Shown: positions 38,536-52,123 of the stretch, one piece after another | Layout of the letters: every line of letters starts with the position of its first letter | Numbering within the stretch: the first letter of the stretch is position 1 | Assembly (NCBI GenBank): GCA_951406725.2 | Contig: OX597827.1 | Span: forward strand, 37,820,001 to 37,884,000 | DNA: 64,000 nt | DNA from: Octopus vulgaris | Taxonomy: Eukaryota | Direction of reading: 5' to 3' | Translations under genes and position numbers: made by a program | Notes under the pieces: generated by a model | Seen by the model: only the letters and a program-made list of their open reading frames with translations | Database searches by the model: none | Told to the model about the DNA's origin: nothing

Positions 38536-39049
38536 AGATACCTACGAGTTCAGTAATCCCAGGTCTATGACATAAACAATTATTGTTTGGTGACGTGGAT
38601 GTATGACTTATTTTGCCACATAGGGAGAGGCAGAGCTATGATTTATTCTTGAACATATTTGAGGAAATGTATTTACTAGGTAACAAATAAATTAAAATGG
38701 AATATGAAAAATTATTTAATATAAGGGGGGATAAGTGCGTTTATTCAGAATCATCTCTAACAGGGAAAGCTAAGTTTCATCGCCATCAGCGATGCTACAA
38801 AGGAATACAAATCAAGTCAACTGGAATTTCATTACCATACCTTAAAGTACTTGTTAGTGCACTGGTCTGTTTGTTTTTTTTATAATATATCTACATAAAT
38901 ACATGAAGAAAATGGTAATGATCGAAGGAAGCTTTCAACCTACATCCTATTGTTTGGACTGTAATTAGCTTTACTGACTCATCTCCTCTGGTCTTCAAGT
39001 TCAACAATGGTCAAGTCATCATGCTGAGACGAGCATTCACAACCACCTT

Positions 39050-40250
39050 CAAGCTCTCAGTTTCCAGGTTTACTGAGGAGTTTAAAAACCATGCAGCAGG
39101 CCATCACTTCGGGGTTGACAAATCTGTTGTCTGATGATGGTGCTCCAATAAGGCCACAATCGAGTCGATGCCCAAGAAGAAGGCGATGAGGAGTAAGACA
39201 GTGCAGTGGCTGGAAATAGAGGAGAGGCTTCTCAGATAGGTGAAGGAGAAGAGGATGATAGGACTCGAGGTGTTGACACTCACCTTTCGAATCAAGGCCA
39301 AGAAGATCGTCAGAAACTTCCATTCCAGCACATCATGGGCTTTCCAGTCTATGCGCAGGCATGATTTGTCCATCAGGTATCACATCCACATTACACAGTG
39401 GCTGCCAGAAAATCTCAACGCAAAAACAGAGGTTCCAGCGGTTTATCATCAACCCGCTTAAACTACATCAGTACCCTCTGAGCCACATTGGCAACACGGA
39501 CCAGACTCCCCTCACATTCGATCTTCCGATGGCAAGAACTGTTGCTGAGAAGGGGAGAAAACAGTAGAAATCTTCACAAGGACTATTTTAAAGTGATGCT
39601 GACTTCCACAGCTAATGGAGGAAAGCTGCCACTGTACGTCGTCTTCGAGAGGAAGACACTACCCAAAGATGCCAAGTTTTTGGAGGGGGTCTCATTCGAG
39701 CCCAAACAAAAGGTTGGATGGGCCAGGCACTCATTGAGGTCTGGCTTCGGGTAGTGTGGGGACAGCGCATCAGTGGACTGCATTAGAGAAGGGGTCCCCT
39801 GGGTCTGGATGCATTCAGATGCCACAAGTTAGAAAAAACCAAGGCAAAGATACATTTGAACATCGATGTGACAATGATCCCTGGGGAAATGAGATCACTT
39901 CTTTAAATATTTTATATTGCAATCAACAAATCGTTTGAGGACCGTCTCAAGCACTGCTGGGAGGATTGGATGGCCAATGCGCCAAAAGAGGTGATAAAGA
40001 CTGGGCTCACGAGGAAAGTCGACTGGGGGGAGATTCCAGAAGACATCATCAAGCAGGCTTTCCTGAAATGCTGCATATCCAACGCATTCAACAGCACAAA
40101 AGATGACATTTTGTAAGAAGGCGCCACCATTTCTCCCAACACTTCTGACTCCAGTGATGGCGAGGATGAACTGGCATATGCAGATAATCAACTCTACAAG
40201 GTCTTCAACGGGTCATTTGATGATGAAGAGTTCTGAGGTGTTGAGTGAAG
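39050..40250 (+). mobile_element. pogo/Tigger-type transposon (CENP-B-like HTH + DDE_1), decayed
   Basis: WLEIEERL..FRIKAK..W..MRRHDLSIR, IGNTDQTPLTFDLP, VMLT..ANGGKLPLYVVF.RKTLPK, LVLDAFRCH. Confidence 0.8.
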
Positions 40251-41799
40251 TCTCTACTCATTAGGGTCAGTCCTATTTAGGACCACACATTTTCAAGAAA
40301 GAATATAAAGATCACAATATGAATAAATCATATAAACACACATAATAAAAAGATGTTTTCTTATTATCTCTTGCATTTAAAACCTAAGACTTTATCTTCC
40401 ATTCATAATTATGAATATCAATGATTGCAGTCGGAAAAGTTTAAGTATGAAATCATCATGAAACGGAAGTTTGTATTCATCCTGTACTTCTCCTTTTTCA
40501 TTAGCCCCAGTTATTTCGTGGTTTTCCCCTCTCGGGCACCAAAAATTGGTAGTTATTTATGAATAAACAGAAAAACTCATTCTACGGTGTTATCTAACTT
40601 CAGTTCCAGACCATTTTCTTTCTGCCAATTTACATTTATCTTTTGGTATAGTAACATTCAGATGTGTTCTATCTTTTATTCCTCTCTTCAAGGCCATATG
40701 AAAATACTTGGGACTAGATTTTGTTCTGCTGTCCTATCCACTCACAGCAGTATTATTTTCAAAATTTGCTCTGAAATCATCAATAAATACCTTACTTTTG
40801 GCTGAAAGTTGAAGTAGGTCTTAAGTAGTAACATGGATATTTGTCAATCTAAAATCAAAGTACACTGAATCATTGGGATAATGGTGGAGATATTTTAATG
40901 AAATGGGTCAGATCTCTATGATTCTTAGATCTGAGGTGACTTTGACATCAGCTGTCACCACTTCTTCCCACTACTGTCATCATTCATCTTGTCACATCTC
41001 CATACTTGTGCAGCTGCTGTTTTGCATACATCTTCTTCCTCTTCTACCCATTTTTTTTCCCTCCTTTCTCTTAACTCATTTGTACTTCGAGGTTTGTGCA
41101 TACTGGCATATTACATCCAACAGAACATTTTAGTTTAATTTCTGTTCCACCTTTGCACATCCTCTGCAAATATATATGGTACATTGGCATGCAAGCACTA
41201 AACAATCTACCCTTCACTTAATAAAAATCCTTGTCACCAACATAAATAACAATCTTTTTTTTCCATCTTGTTCTAACTTTGATGGCTTAGTTTTATGCAT
41301 CTAGTAGCTATCAACTAATACAGAGCAAGCTTTTTAAGCAGTTGGTCACCCTACCTGTGATCTCACTGCATTTTTTGTACATCAGTAATCTCCATTAGGT
41401 AAACACCATAGAGTTCCTACCTGCTCCTGTTTTGTATATCAAGCACAGCCACTTCCCAGATTATAGTAATTTGTATATAATTTGTTGCATGCGTGGTGAG
41501 CTGCATGAATCAAAATGATGACTTGCATATTCTTCATAAGTTCTGGCAGATTTGAACATCATCAATATTGTTTAATGTCCACTTTCCATGCTGACATGGG
41601 TTGGATGGTTTGACATGGAGCTGGCTAGCAGGAAGATGTCCAGACCCCAGTTGCCTGTTTAGGCATGATTTCTACGGTTGAATACCCTTCCTAACGGCAA
41701 CCACTTAAGAGTGTGCTGGATGCTTTTGAAATGGCACCAGCAACTGAAAGAACAAGTCTGTATGTATGGAAGACATCAATTTTACGTAGCTTGACATGT

Positions 41800-42940
41800 C
41801 TTATCATCATCGTTTAACGTCTGTTTTCCATGCTAGCATGGGTTGGACAGTTCGACCGGGGTCTGGGGAGCCAGGAGGCTGCACCACACTCCAGTCTGAT
41901 CTGGCAGTGTTTCTACAGCTAGATACCCTTCCTGACGCCAACCACTCAGTGAGTGTAGTGGGTGCTTTTTACGTGCTACCGGCACAGGAGCCAGAGGAGG
42001 CTGGCAAATGACCATGATCAAGTACAGCAACTCGCCAAATCTCTCAGTCCCATGTCTTCCTGGGTCTGCCCCTTCCACAGGTCCCCTCCACAATTAGAGC
42101 TCAGCAAATCTTTATGCAGTTGTCCTCATCCATATGCATCACATGACCAGACCAGTGTAGTCTCCTCTCTGGCACACAACATTTGATGCCGCTTATACCT
42201 AGTTTTCCTCTTAAATCTTCTCTGCTCTGTTGTGCATGCACACTGACATTACCCATCCAGCAGATCATGCTAGCTTCATTTCTTGCAAGTCTTCTCTAGT
42301 CAAAGCCCACATTTCACTGACATATAACGTAGCTGTCCATACACTGGTGTCATACAATCTACCTTTCACCCTGAGGGAAAGGACCTTAGTTACCAACAAA
42401 GGTAGAACCCCTCCAAACTTGGCCAAGCCAATTCTTGTCTTAGCAACTACACTTTCAGAACTCCCTTCCCTACAACTAACTTGGTTTCCTAGGTAACAGA
42501 AGCTATCCACCTGAGCATTTGAGGGAGCCTATTGTCTGTATGTTTTTAGTGCTTATTGTGCCTGCAAATTTGCCATACACACACACACAGACTCTGTTCT
42601 CTGTTAACCTTCCTTTGATGCTGCTACACCTCTGAGTACAATGTATGGAGTTTCTACCAACAGCCTTCTTAGATATTGAGCCGGGCCATCTCCAAGAAGG
42701 GACTTGTGATTTGTCTGTTTTCCTACTTTCAAGGACTTAAGTTAATTTAGTAAAAACCCTAAGACCCTTAGATTCCAGACCTTGTTTCCACAACTGAAAT
42801 TTCTACTCTAGGTAAAGTAGTGATCCAGCTATAAGAACAAGGTCATTAGTGCAGAGGAGCTCCCAGGGACAGCCAGTCTTGAATTCCTCTGTTAGAGCCT
42901 GGAGGGCTAAGATAAACAGGAGTCTTAGTACACTGAGTTC
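41800..42940 (-). mobile_element. RTE LINE 3' portion, inverted
   Basis: Minus strand DSFCYLG..RIG..KF..LPLL..VKGRLYD, with the tail at 41800-42000. Confidence 0.8.
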
Positions 42941-43257
42941 ATTAGCATGAATATGCTAATCACTGTTGCATTTGTCACCAGAGAACAACTTTTCTTTTAT
43001 GAAGAATATGCATTCATACTCGATTTATTAGTATAAGGGATGAAATACAACAGCAGTTAGCATATTCAAGTTCAAATCTTCCAGAACAGATCGAAAATAT
43101 GTGAAAGTCATTGTTTTGATTCTCACTGTTCACATGATGATTTGGCAGATATCAGCATGAATCAGTAAACAGTTTGTTTGCTGATGTTATAAACAAGACC
43201 ATCACCTCTTGTTAAATTTGAGACACAACAGTGTCAAAATGCCTCTAACCCTTTATA

Positions 43258-44345
43258 CAAGGGGGTATCCAAAAGAAACCAGACTTTTACAATATTATTT
43301 TATTCACTTAGTTTTTCTGCCTTCAAAGTATTCTCCATTTGAAGCGATGCAGTCCTGGAACTCTTGCGAAGTGATGTTCTTAATGCCTCTGTTGTTTTTT
43401 GTTTTTTTTTCTTCACCTCTTCCACATCTGCAAAACGTTTTCCTTTAAGGACTTTTCATTCAAAGGGAACACAAAAAGTCGCAGGGAGCAAGATCAGGCG
43501 AATAGGGAGGGTGATGCCATTTTTTGGTCAAAAACTGTCTCACACTCAAGGTGGTGTGCACAGGCACATTGTCATGATGAAACCACCACTCTCCACTTTG
43601 CTACAGGTCAGGATGTTTTCATCTCACCATGTCACACAAATGCTTCAGAACTGCCAAGTAAAATGTCTGGTTAACAGTTTGACTAGCAGGAGCAAATTCT
43701 GTGTGGACAATTCCTTTCACATCAATGAAATAAATCTGCATCATCTTGACATTGGAGTTCACTTGACGTGCTTTTTCGGGGTATGGTGACATCGAATGCT
43801 TCCATTGACTTGATTGCTGCTTTGTTTCTGGGTCGTAGCCATAGCACCAGCTTTCATCACCAGTGATGACCTTTGAAAAATGGTCTGGATCGACTTCCAG
43901 TTGTTCATTAAGTCATGACTGCTTTTGATCTTTCATGAGCAAGCGAGGCACAAATTTTGCTGCAACTCTATTCATTTACAATTCCTTGCTCAAAATTTGT
44001 TGGCAGAAGCTCCAGGACAAACCAGTCATATCAACAAGTTCGTCAGTTGTTAGGTGACGGTACTCCAAAGTCTGTTCATGAATTTTCGTGACATTTTCAT
44101 TAATTCTGGAGGTCAACAGTTATCCTGAACAAGGTTGGTCTTCTAGTAACAGGTAACCATTCCTAAAGCATGAAAACCACTTGTAAACTTGTTTTGTTCA
44201 TGGCAGCATCCTTGTAAGCTATTTGAGGTATGACAACTGTTTCAGCCACCATTTTCCCCTGCAGTAAACAGAATTTCACAGAAGCACACTATTCCTTTGT
44301 TTCAGCCATCACAAAAATTGACAAGCAGGGTGAGTGAACACACAT
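43258..44345 (-). mobile_element. Mariner (DD34D-type) transposon, decayed
   Basis: VITGDESWCYGYDPETKQQSSQWK and HPPYSPDLAPCDF on the minus strand. The terminus AGGGGGTATCCAAA recurs at 47150. Confidence 0.85.
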
Positions 44346-44369
44346 CCGTCATAAAGGAGAATTTGTTCT

Positions 44370-45620
44370 CCTTTGACAAAATACAACATTATCATTTTCA
44401 TTATTTGATCCATCAAATTGATGCCTCTGTAATTACTCCTTTCTAGAACAACCTTGTTCTTGTAGCAGTTGGAAATAAGCCATTCATTAGGGATAACACA
44501 TCCTTGATTCACTATGTAACAAACATGTCATACATTGCCAGATATTGGCAACTATCTCTGATGGTCCTACTGTTTTTTGTTTCCATATCCTTAAAAGCTC
44601 TTTTGTCTGTATAGTGATCAACTGTAATGGTTGGACACTCTGTTACATCTATTTGAAGGAGTCCCTCTATCTTCCAGTTTTGTTTCTACAACTATTCTTT
44701 GTGAGATTTTCATTCCTCTTTTCTTCATCATTGACAGTGCCACTCTCATTGTGCACTTTTCACCAGCTACCTCCCATTTCACTTGCAATTTAGTATACTT
44801 TATTCTGATCTTCATGGTAAAGAACATGAGCATACTTCTTTCAGCTTCTCTCCTAGCTCCCTGATATTCCATGATCATCACTTTCTAGGCCTGTCTCTTA
44901 GCTTTTGTTGCTCTATCTACTGTACCTTCCACCACTGTGTCACTCGCTATTTGTCTGGGACTTTGCTCCATCTCCAAGTCTGATTACTGGCTCATGGTAA
45001 GTTGTCACATAGAAATTCTCAGTTATCCTTTATGCCTTTACTGCTTTTTCATCAGAGATGTTACCTAATTTTGAACTCATGTCTAGCAGAGGGATCTTTC
45101 AAGTTCCATATTATCCTCCTTTGATTCATCTTCTGTCTCTGAATCCATCTAGCTCTTAAACTGAGGTCGCTAATCTTTAGTCTATTTCGAATGGCACATT
45201 CTTCAGCAAAGAAGGATTTAATATTAACAATTTTGTATTTACATACTATTCCATTCTGACTAGGAAGTCTAGCTGGCTTGTCTTCAACTTTGTGGCTGGG
45301 ATTCTGAAATTTATGTTACAAATGGCTATCTGTGACTCGGAACACTAAGAGCTTTCATGCAACATGACCATAACCTCCATGTGCATGTTCACCAGTATAG
45401 CCATTAAAGTCACCTGCTGTGATCAGGAGGCTACTGTTAATGTCACCAAAGCAGTCTGCAAGAGGACCTTGTAGAAACAGTTGTTTAGATCATTTGTCAG
45501 TCTTGGTTTTGGTTCATAGGCAAATATCATTTGCTCTTTGTATTGCTTATCACTAGTTTAATTATCCTGTCACATATTCTGATTTCCTCAATTACAATAC
45601 TTACATCTAAGTTGTTACCT
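44370..45620 (-). mobile_element. RTE LINE endonuclease/RT upstream remnant
   Basis: CYKNK..LERSNYRGINLMDQIMK near 44400-44480 and an AGDFNG-like motif near 45400. Confidence 0.6.
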
Positions 45621-47634
45621 ACTCAGAAGCCTTTTTTTTGTTCCTGGATGGTACTCACAGCACTAACAAGATGTTAGTCCTAATGGATATCTTTGTCATT
45701 TTCTCTCCCTCTCTCTCTCTCAGAAATAGTACTGTCACTCAAAGATATATTTAATGTTGACATTGAATAGCCTCAATCAGCTATGCCACAAAAATAACTT
45801 TGCAAATGTTTCAGCTAACCTAAAAACCCACTTCACTGGCTGTTGTATTGTTGTATTGTACTGGCAAACCAAATAGTTTTGCTTTGTTTTAATTATGTGA
45901 TCCTAGTATTTCACATTGAAATATATGGTGCTTCTTTATTGAAATAGAAAGGTGAATCTGTAAAGGAAATGTTGGGTTTTTTTCCCTTTTCATTTTCTTT
46001 TACATGTTTCATTCATTAGACTATGATCATGCTAGGGATTTTAGGTGAAATAAGTCTGGTGCTTATTCTTGGTTTCTTTAGCCAAGCACTGTGTTAGAGG
46101 GACATAAACAAATAAACATCAGTTGTCAAATTGTGAGAAATGAATGCAAACAAAGGCACACAGGCATATATATACAATAGCTATCCATGTACAAAATCCA
46201 CTCACAAGGCAGTCAGCTTGGTGTTATAGTAGAAGACATTTGTACAAGATGCCACATAGTGGGACTAAAGCCAAAACCACATGGTTGCAAAGTGAGCTTC
46301 TTAACCACATAGCCAGCTTCTCAAATTTTTTTATTTTTCCCTTTTCTGGTCTTCCTTTTTTTTCTTTTTCTATATAAATTACTCATAGATAGAACAGTAG
46401 AGGTCCTTCCAAACTGGTGAGCTTGATGAAGTTAGCATTTAGTGTAAACATCTGAGAGAATACATAGAAAACAAGAATTCTAGGGAGTTGCTATTGTTGG
46501 GAGAAATGATTCTACATGTTTAGGTACAGTCTGAGAGATGAGGCACAGTAAAAGTAACAGAAGGTAAGGAAGGGTGACAAGGATATGCAAAGACCATTGT
46601 CAAAGTACCTGAATAAGCAAAAGCTTTGTATGTTGCTTGTGTATGTATGTGTGTGTGTGTGGTGTGTTAGCATCTCTTTGCCTTCACATTATATAACAGT
46701 CATAAAAAAACCATTATCATACAAGTAGTGTCCTTCACTCTTAATTTTTTGTGAAAAAATATCAAGCTATGAGAAAATATTACCTTGCTTGGAAAAATGT
46801 ATGGGTTAGTGACAGGAATGGCATCTAGTTATAGAAAATCTGCTTCAGCAAATTCTGTTTAAACCATAAAAGCTTGGGAAAGTGAGCATTAAAGCAATGA
46901 TGTATGTGTTTGTATTTCTACATGTGTGTGCGTCTTGTACATGCTTGTGTGTATGTTTTTTGTCTCTCTCCATCTTTTTGCAAACACCTCTTGAGCAGCA
47001 GTGATGTTCTTTATGTTCCTCATAAACAGATATTTGATGATTTGATGTGCAAAGATGATAGCACATTAAAGATTAGGTTAGGAAGGATGTCCAGCCATAG
47101 AATGTTGCTTTAAGAAAGAAAAAACATGTAAAAATGATTTGCATATATGAGGGGGTATCCAAATGAAACCAGAATTTTGCAATATTATTTGATTCACTTA
47201 GTGCAATTTTTATGTCCATTTTTAATGTTTACATTACTTGGATGGGTTTCTTCATGCAACATTTTACCATTTCTTGCAGTTCTTTTGTCATCTCATGTGT
47301 GAAGCTTAGCCTCATGAGATCTATCTTCTCCACTGCCTTCCGTGGTTCACCACCCCTCCTCTATAGTTTCCTTCTTATTAGAACATTGGTACTTTTTTAC
47401 CCAACTGTCATCTTCCAAATTTCATCAATACCCATACCAGTTCAGTTTCCTGGCTTACATACTACATTTGGTCCTTCTTACACTTTTTTCCAGCTCATTT
47501 GTGCTCTGTCATTATGCACACAGACATTATTCATCCAACAAAGCATACTTAATTTCTTCATTTGTAATGTAGATACATATTTTTGTATCTACATTACATG
47601 GTAGATATATATATCTGTGTTGCTGACACAGCTC

Positions 47635-47850
47635 AAGAAGACCCATGAAGCTGAGCAAAATCGCAGTCATGGCAGATGCCGGTGGCACATAAAAGCACCC
47701 ATTACACTCTGAGTAGTTGGTGTTAGGAAGGGCATCCAGCCATAGAAAACCATGCCAAATCAGACTGGAGTCTGATGCAGCTTACCAGCTCTGGTCAAAC
47801 CATCCAACCCATGCCAGCATGGACAATGGACGTTAAATGACGGTGATGAT
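47635..47850 (+). mobile_element. RTE 3' tail fragment
   Basis: GGCACATAAAAGCACCC...GGAAGGGCATCCAGC...GACGTTAAATGA. Confidence 0.75.
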
Positions 47851-49717
47851 AGATACTCATACATATATAGAAATGTCAGATCTTTTCACTTTGACCGACA
47901 GATTTTTAAAAATAATTTCTTTGTAACTAAACACTTTTAAACTTCGTATACTGGTAGAATGTATTACATAAAATATCTTTCTCTCTTGGCTTTCTTGAAA
48001 AAATTCTGTAGTTTGTAAGCTATTTCTTGCATTTCGGCAATTTCAACCAATCAATGACGTCTATTGAGGTGAATACAATTTCTGCGGTTGTTTGTCAATG
48101 CAGTGTTGATCTTATAAGTGTCGCATGGTGGAAATAAACACAATTTTGCATTTCAATTTGTACATCTGTACTCCCAACTGTGTACAAGCGCATATGTAAA
48201 ATGACATCCTTTATTTTTTAATCATTATCAGCTAATAAGTAGTATATTGAAAAATAAAAATATTTTCAGGGCGGGGGTATTTGTGATTACAAGGATCAAA
48301 AGTGGGCCTTTGGCCAAAATGGGTTAAGAACTTTTGCCCTAGAGGATTCATCAGGTCATTAGTATCACAGAACTCTCTTCATTTCTAGATACAAAGCCAT
48401 TGACTCCATGTACATCATGGAATCTATCAGTGGTGTCCAACATGTCTGTTAAAGTTACCAGCCACAAAGATTAGAACATTGACAATTATCAATTTCTGAT
48501 AATAATGGATGATGGCTATGCCTGCAACCTACATTTCTGTTTGGAATTTCGGATAAGCTGGGGTTTTTTGGTTATTGTTATGTGAAGCCTACAGGTGAGG
48601 TTGTATGCAAGTGATTGATGTGTAGTTACACATATCTCTGTTGTTAGTGTGAAAGAGAATATTATTTCCACTCAGAAGCTTGCAAAAGTGAATAATACTT
48701 CTACTCAGTTTCATAAACCAGAGTGATCTGTAATAGTATTGACATTGTTATTGACCTCTTCGTGAATTTTCTCACAATCGGTATGCTTCTGAAACATTAA
48801 GTTCAGAGGCATAAGGAACTGGTCATGATGATATGCTATAAAATTCCGTGTATGAAAAATTATGTAGTCACTGAATGGCCTAATACCAGTACACAGCATA
48901 GGCTGCTAGTACTAAGTCCGTCTGCAAGGGGTTGACATAAACTGAAAAGTCAGAAGGCTACGCCAGGGAGAAGTATTGAGGGACAAGGGAAGAGGAGAAA
49001 CATGGCTACCCTAGGCGGAGAGGGAGAGAGTGAAAATGTAGTGGGCCAGGGATTGGAGAGGGTAAGCTGATGAGTTCCCAAGATTGCAAAAGGAGAGTGG
49101 GAGCTTGGAGTAGGGATGATGAGTGAGCACAGCTAAAGGGAGGGGATATTAGGATATGTTATGAAGAAGGGATTCAACAGGAACATATTTTGTGCAGCTA
49201 GATGCATGAGAGAGAATGGAATGTGGTGAGCATGGGTGGGGGTTAGGCATGGACATAAGGATCATGCCTTTATGCCCTGGACATGTCTTCTTGGTTCTTC
49301 CTCTTCCACAGGTTCCTTCCACATTTAGAGATCAGTAAAAATTAATGGGTTTTGAGTCTTGGACGCAGGTCATGATTGGAAGCTGTGCAGCTATTATCAG
49401 GTTGGCATAGTGAATCTAGGGCTGCATTACCTAACATATCTTTTTTTTAAAAAAATGTAGAATATACTTTAAGGGATATTTGGCTGTCATTCCTAGCATG
49501 TTGAATGACATAGAGGAGCCTTTGTTGGCTCCTGATAGGTTTAACCAGCAACAAAGGTAGTACAAATGTAAACAAACTAATTTCCAAATCTAACCAACGC
49601 AACATAGGAAACTATTCATCATGAGAATTATGGCACAAGTTTTTGTTTTCTTTTTACTAAAATTTTGTGTATAAAAATCAATGTTATTTTTAAATCTCAT
49701 TTTCCTATCTTTTTCAG

Positions 49718-49766
49718 GTCAGTTCTCTGAGAACGAGACTAATGAGATCAATTTCCGTGAGATTCC
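49718..49766 (+). CDS. ELOC: Elongin C, coding exon 2 (49 nt)
   Basis: TTTTCAG acceptor; GQFSENETNEINFREIP; GTAAGT donor; absent from the ORF track. Confidence 0.96.
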
Positions 49767-49849
49767 GTAAGTGTGCTTTTATTCTTGCCCTCTGAATCAA
49801 GTGTAAAACACCCTCAAATGTAACTAAATAAAAAGCTTATTGTAAATGC

Positions 49850-51513
49850 AAGGTGAATTCAAAAAGTATCCAATCTTTGGGCATTAAAAAAAAATTCACA
49901 AATTTTATTTAATCACCTTCAAAATATTTCCCTTGAGAGTTTATACACTTCTCCTAGCAGTTCTGCCATTACTGGTAACACCTTTGGATTGATATGGAGC
50001 TTTCCCATCATTTTTCTCGTGATTTCCTCTTGTGACTCAAATCACTTCCCTTTCAGCGTGGTTTTCAGTTTGAGAAAGAAGACCTAGAAGTCACATAGTC
50101 CCAGCCTGTTGAACAAGTGATGTGCTGTTCTTTACCAGGAAAGCTTGGATTATGTGGGTGGAATGAGCGGGCGCATTGTTGTTAAGTGGCTAATTCTTCA
50201 CCACCCACATATTCAAACACTTTCAATGCACACATGTTCAGTCACTTTTGGCACACAGCATCATGAAGGCAACACATAACTTCCTGCTAGTATTCCATAT
50301 TGATTATTTGGCCTTGTGGTACCTATTCATGATGCACAATACCGTTGGAGTCAAAGAAACCGGTCAACATTACCTTCACATTGTTGCGAACCTGTTGTGC
50401 TTTTTAAGCCTTGATGATGACATATGCATCCATTGGGAAGACTGGAACTTGATTTTTGAATCATAACCATAAACACGTCTCATCACCAGTAATAATGGTC
50501 TTCATAGAATCTGGGTTGTGATTTGCACAGTGCAACATGTCTTGAGTGATTTTCATGCAGAGTTGTTGCTGTTGAGTGAACGGTCTTCGTCCCAGAGCTC
50601 GCAAGATGGGAGAAGTCCGAAACGTGGTCCTTTGCTATTCCTAAGACCCGCAGAAGAGGAAGCTGGTCAACCCCTGACACCGAGAGCATCGGCAGATGGA
50701 TGAATGCGCATCCAGTCTCAGCGGTTGCATAGGAAGTCGGGGACAAGAAACAGGAAGAAAGAGTGAGAGAAAGTAAGAACAAAAGAGTACAACAGGGGTC
50801 GCCACCACCCCCTGCCGGAGCCTTGAGGAGCTTTAGGTGTTTTCGCTCAATAAACACACACAACGCCCGGTCTGGGAATCAAAACCACGATCCTCCGACC
50901 GCGAGTCCACTGCCTTAACCATTGGGCTATTGTACCTCCTGCTTCTGCTGCTCAATCAGCCCCTTGGCGAATTTTGCTGAAACTCTCCACATACATAAAT
51001 CTTCTGTTAAAATGGAGTTCACTGATCCTGTGCTTATTCCCCCTTTGTGAGCAATTTCCTGAATTGTTACGCGAGTCTTCTATGACTATGTGCTGAACCT
51101 TCTCAATTGGCTCCTTATTTCAGCTTATGGATGGTCTACCTGAGCATGCCTTGTTCTCCGCTGAAGTACAGCCATGTCTGAAGCGGTTGTACCACCCCTT
51201 GATCTGAGTTTTGCCCATAACATCATCGCCAAAGGCCAGCTGAATTTTCTGGATGGTTTGAGCTTGAGTATCACCAAGCTTTTGGCAAAATTTGATGCTT
51301 GGTGTGTTCGGTCAGCTTATGTGAAAACGAGAATCCAGCGAGCATGCATTACACATCTGTATTCTAGGTATAACAGCTGAGAACTGATCTGGCCTACTGG
51401 TACAAAAATGTTCACACATGTGCAGGAATGGTGACCTATCCAAAGGATTTTGTCCGTGCGGCATTGGTTTTGGTGGGGAAAAAATGAAGTTAGATACTTT
51501 TTGAATGCACCTC
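49850..51513 (-). mobile_element. Mariner transposon, decayed, interrupted by a SINE
   Basis: Inverted ends AGGTGAATTCAAAAAGTATC and GATACTTTTTGAATGCACCT; IITGDETCLWL near 50470-50500. Confidence 0.8.
50562..50939 (-). mobile_element. tRNA-derived SINE, relatively young (CpG-rich), nested in the mariner
   Basis: Minus strand GGAGGTACAATAGCCCAATGGTTAAGGCAGTGGACTCGCGG...GATTCCCAGACC tRNA-like head; (CAA)-like tail. Confidence 0.8.
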
Positions 51514-51732
51514 ATGTATTAAATATTTAATACATACATCACATAGTTACACTGGACATTCTGGAGCCTGTACTTTGTTCTTTCAGAGTTGACCATCTGT
51601 TATAAATTTAAACTACATGATTAACTAAACAAATGGTAGTTATTGTACAAAGCCACAATAGGTTCAGACATAACTGTGTGATTAAGAAGTTTTACTTCAC
51701 AACCATTTGACTTTTGGGTACAGACCCACTGA

Positions 51733-51785
<53 letters not shown>

Positions 51786-51922
51786 TAAATTAGAGATAAA
51801 ACCACTATTAGGTTTTATCTCTTTAATTTATATTTATACTGTAAAATTAGATTTAATCCTAAATCTAATTTTTCCCTGTAAGTTTGGATTTACTCCCTAA
51901 TATTATATATATATATATATAA

Positions 51923-52123
<201 letters not shown>

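Noticed and set aside
39050-40250. Domesticated pogo gene nested in the ELOC intron
   Set aside because: Fragmented over several frames with stops and degenerate catalytic motifs.
45170-45210. Minus-strand CTGAAGA...GAAA
   Set aside because: Stems do not form properly, and it lies within decayed RTE coding sequence.
50870-50939. tRNA gene
   Set aside because: The tRNA-like head continues into a SINE body and tail and has no complete cloverleaf. The same applies to the heads at 9500, 22245 and 59790.
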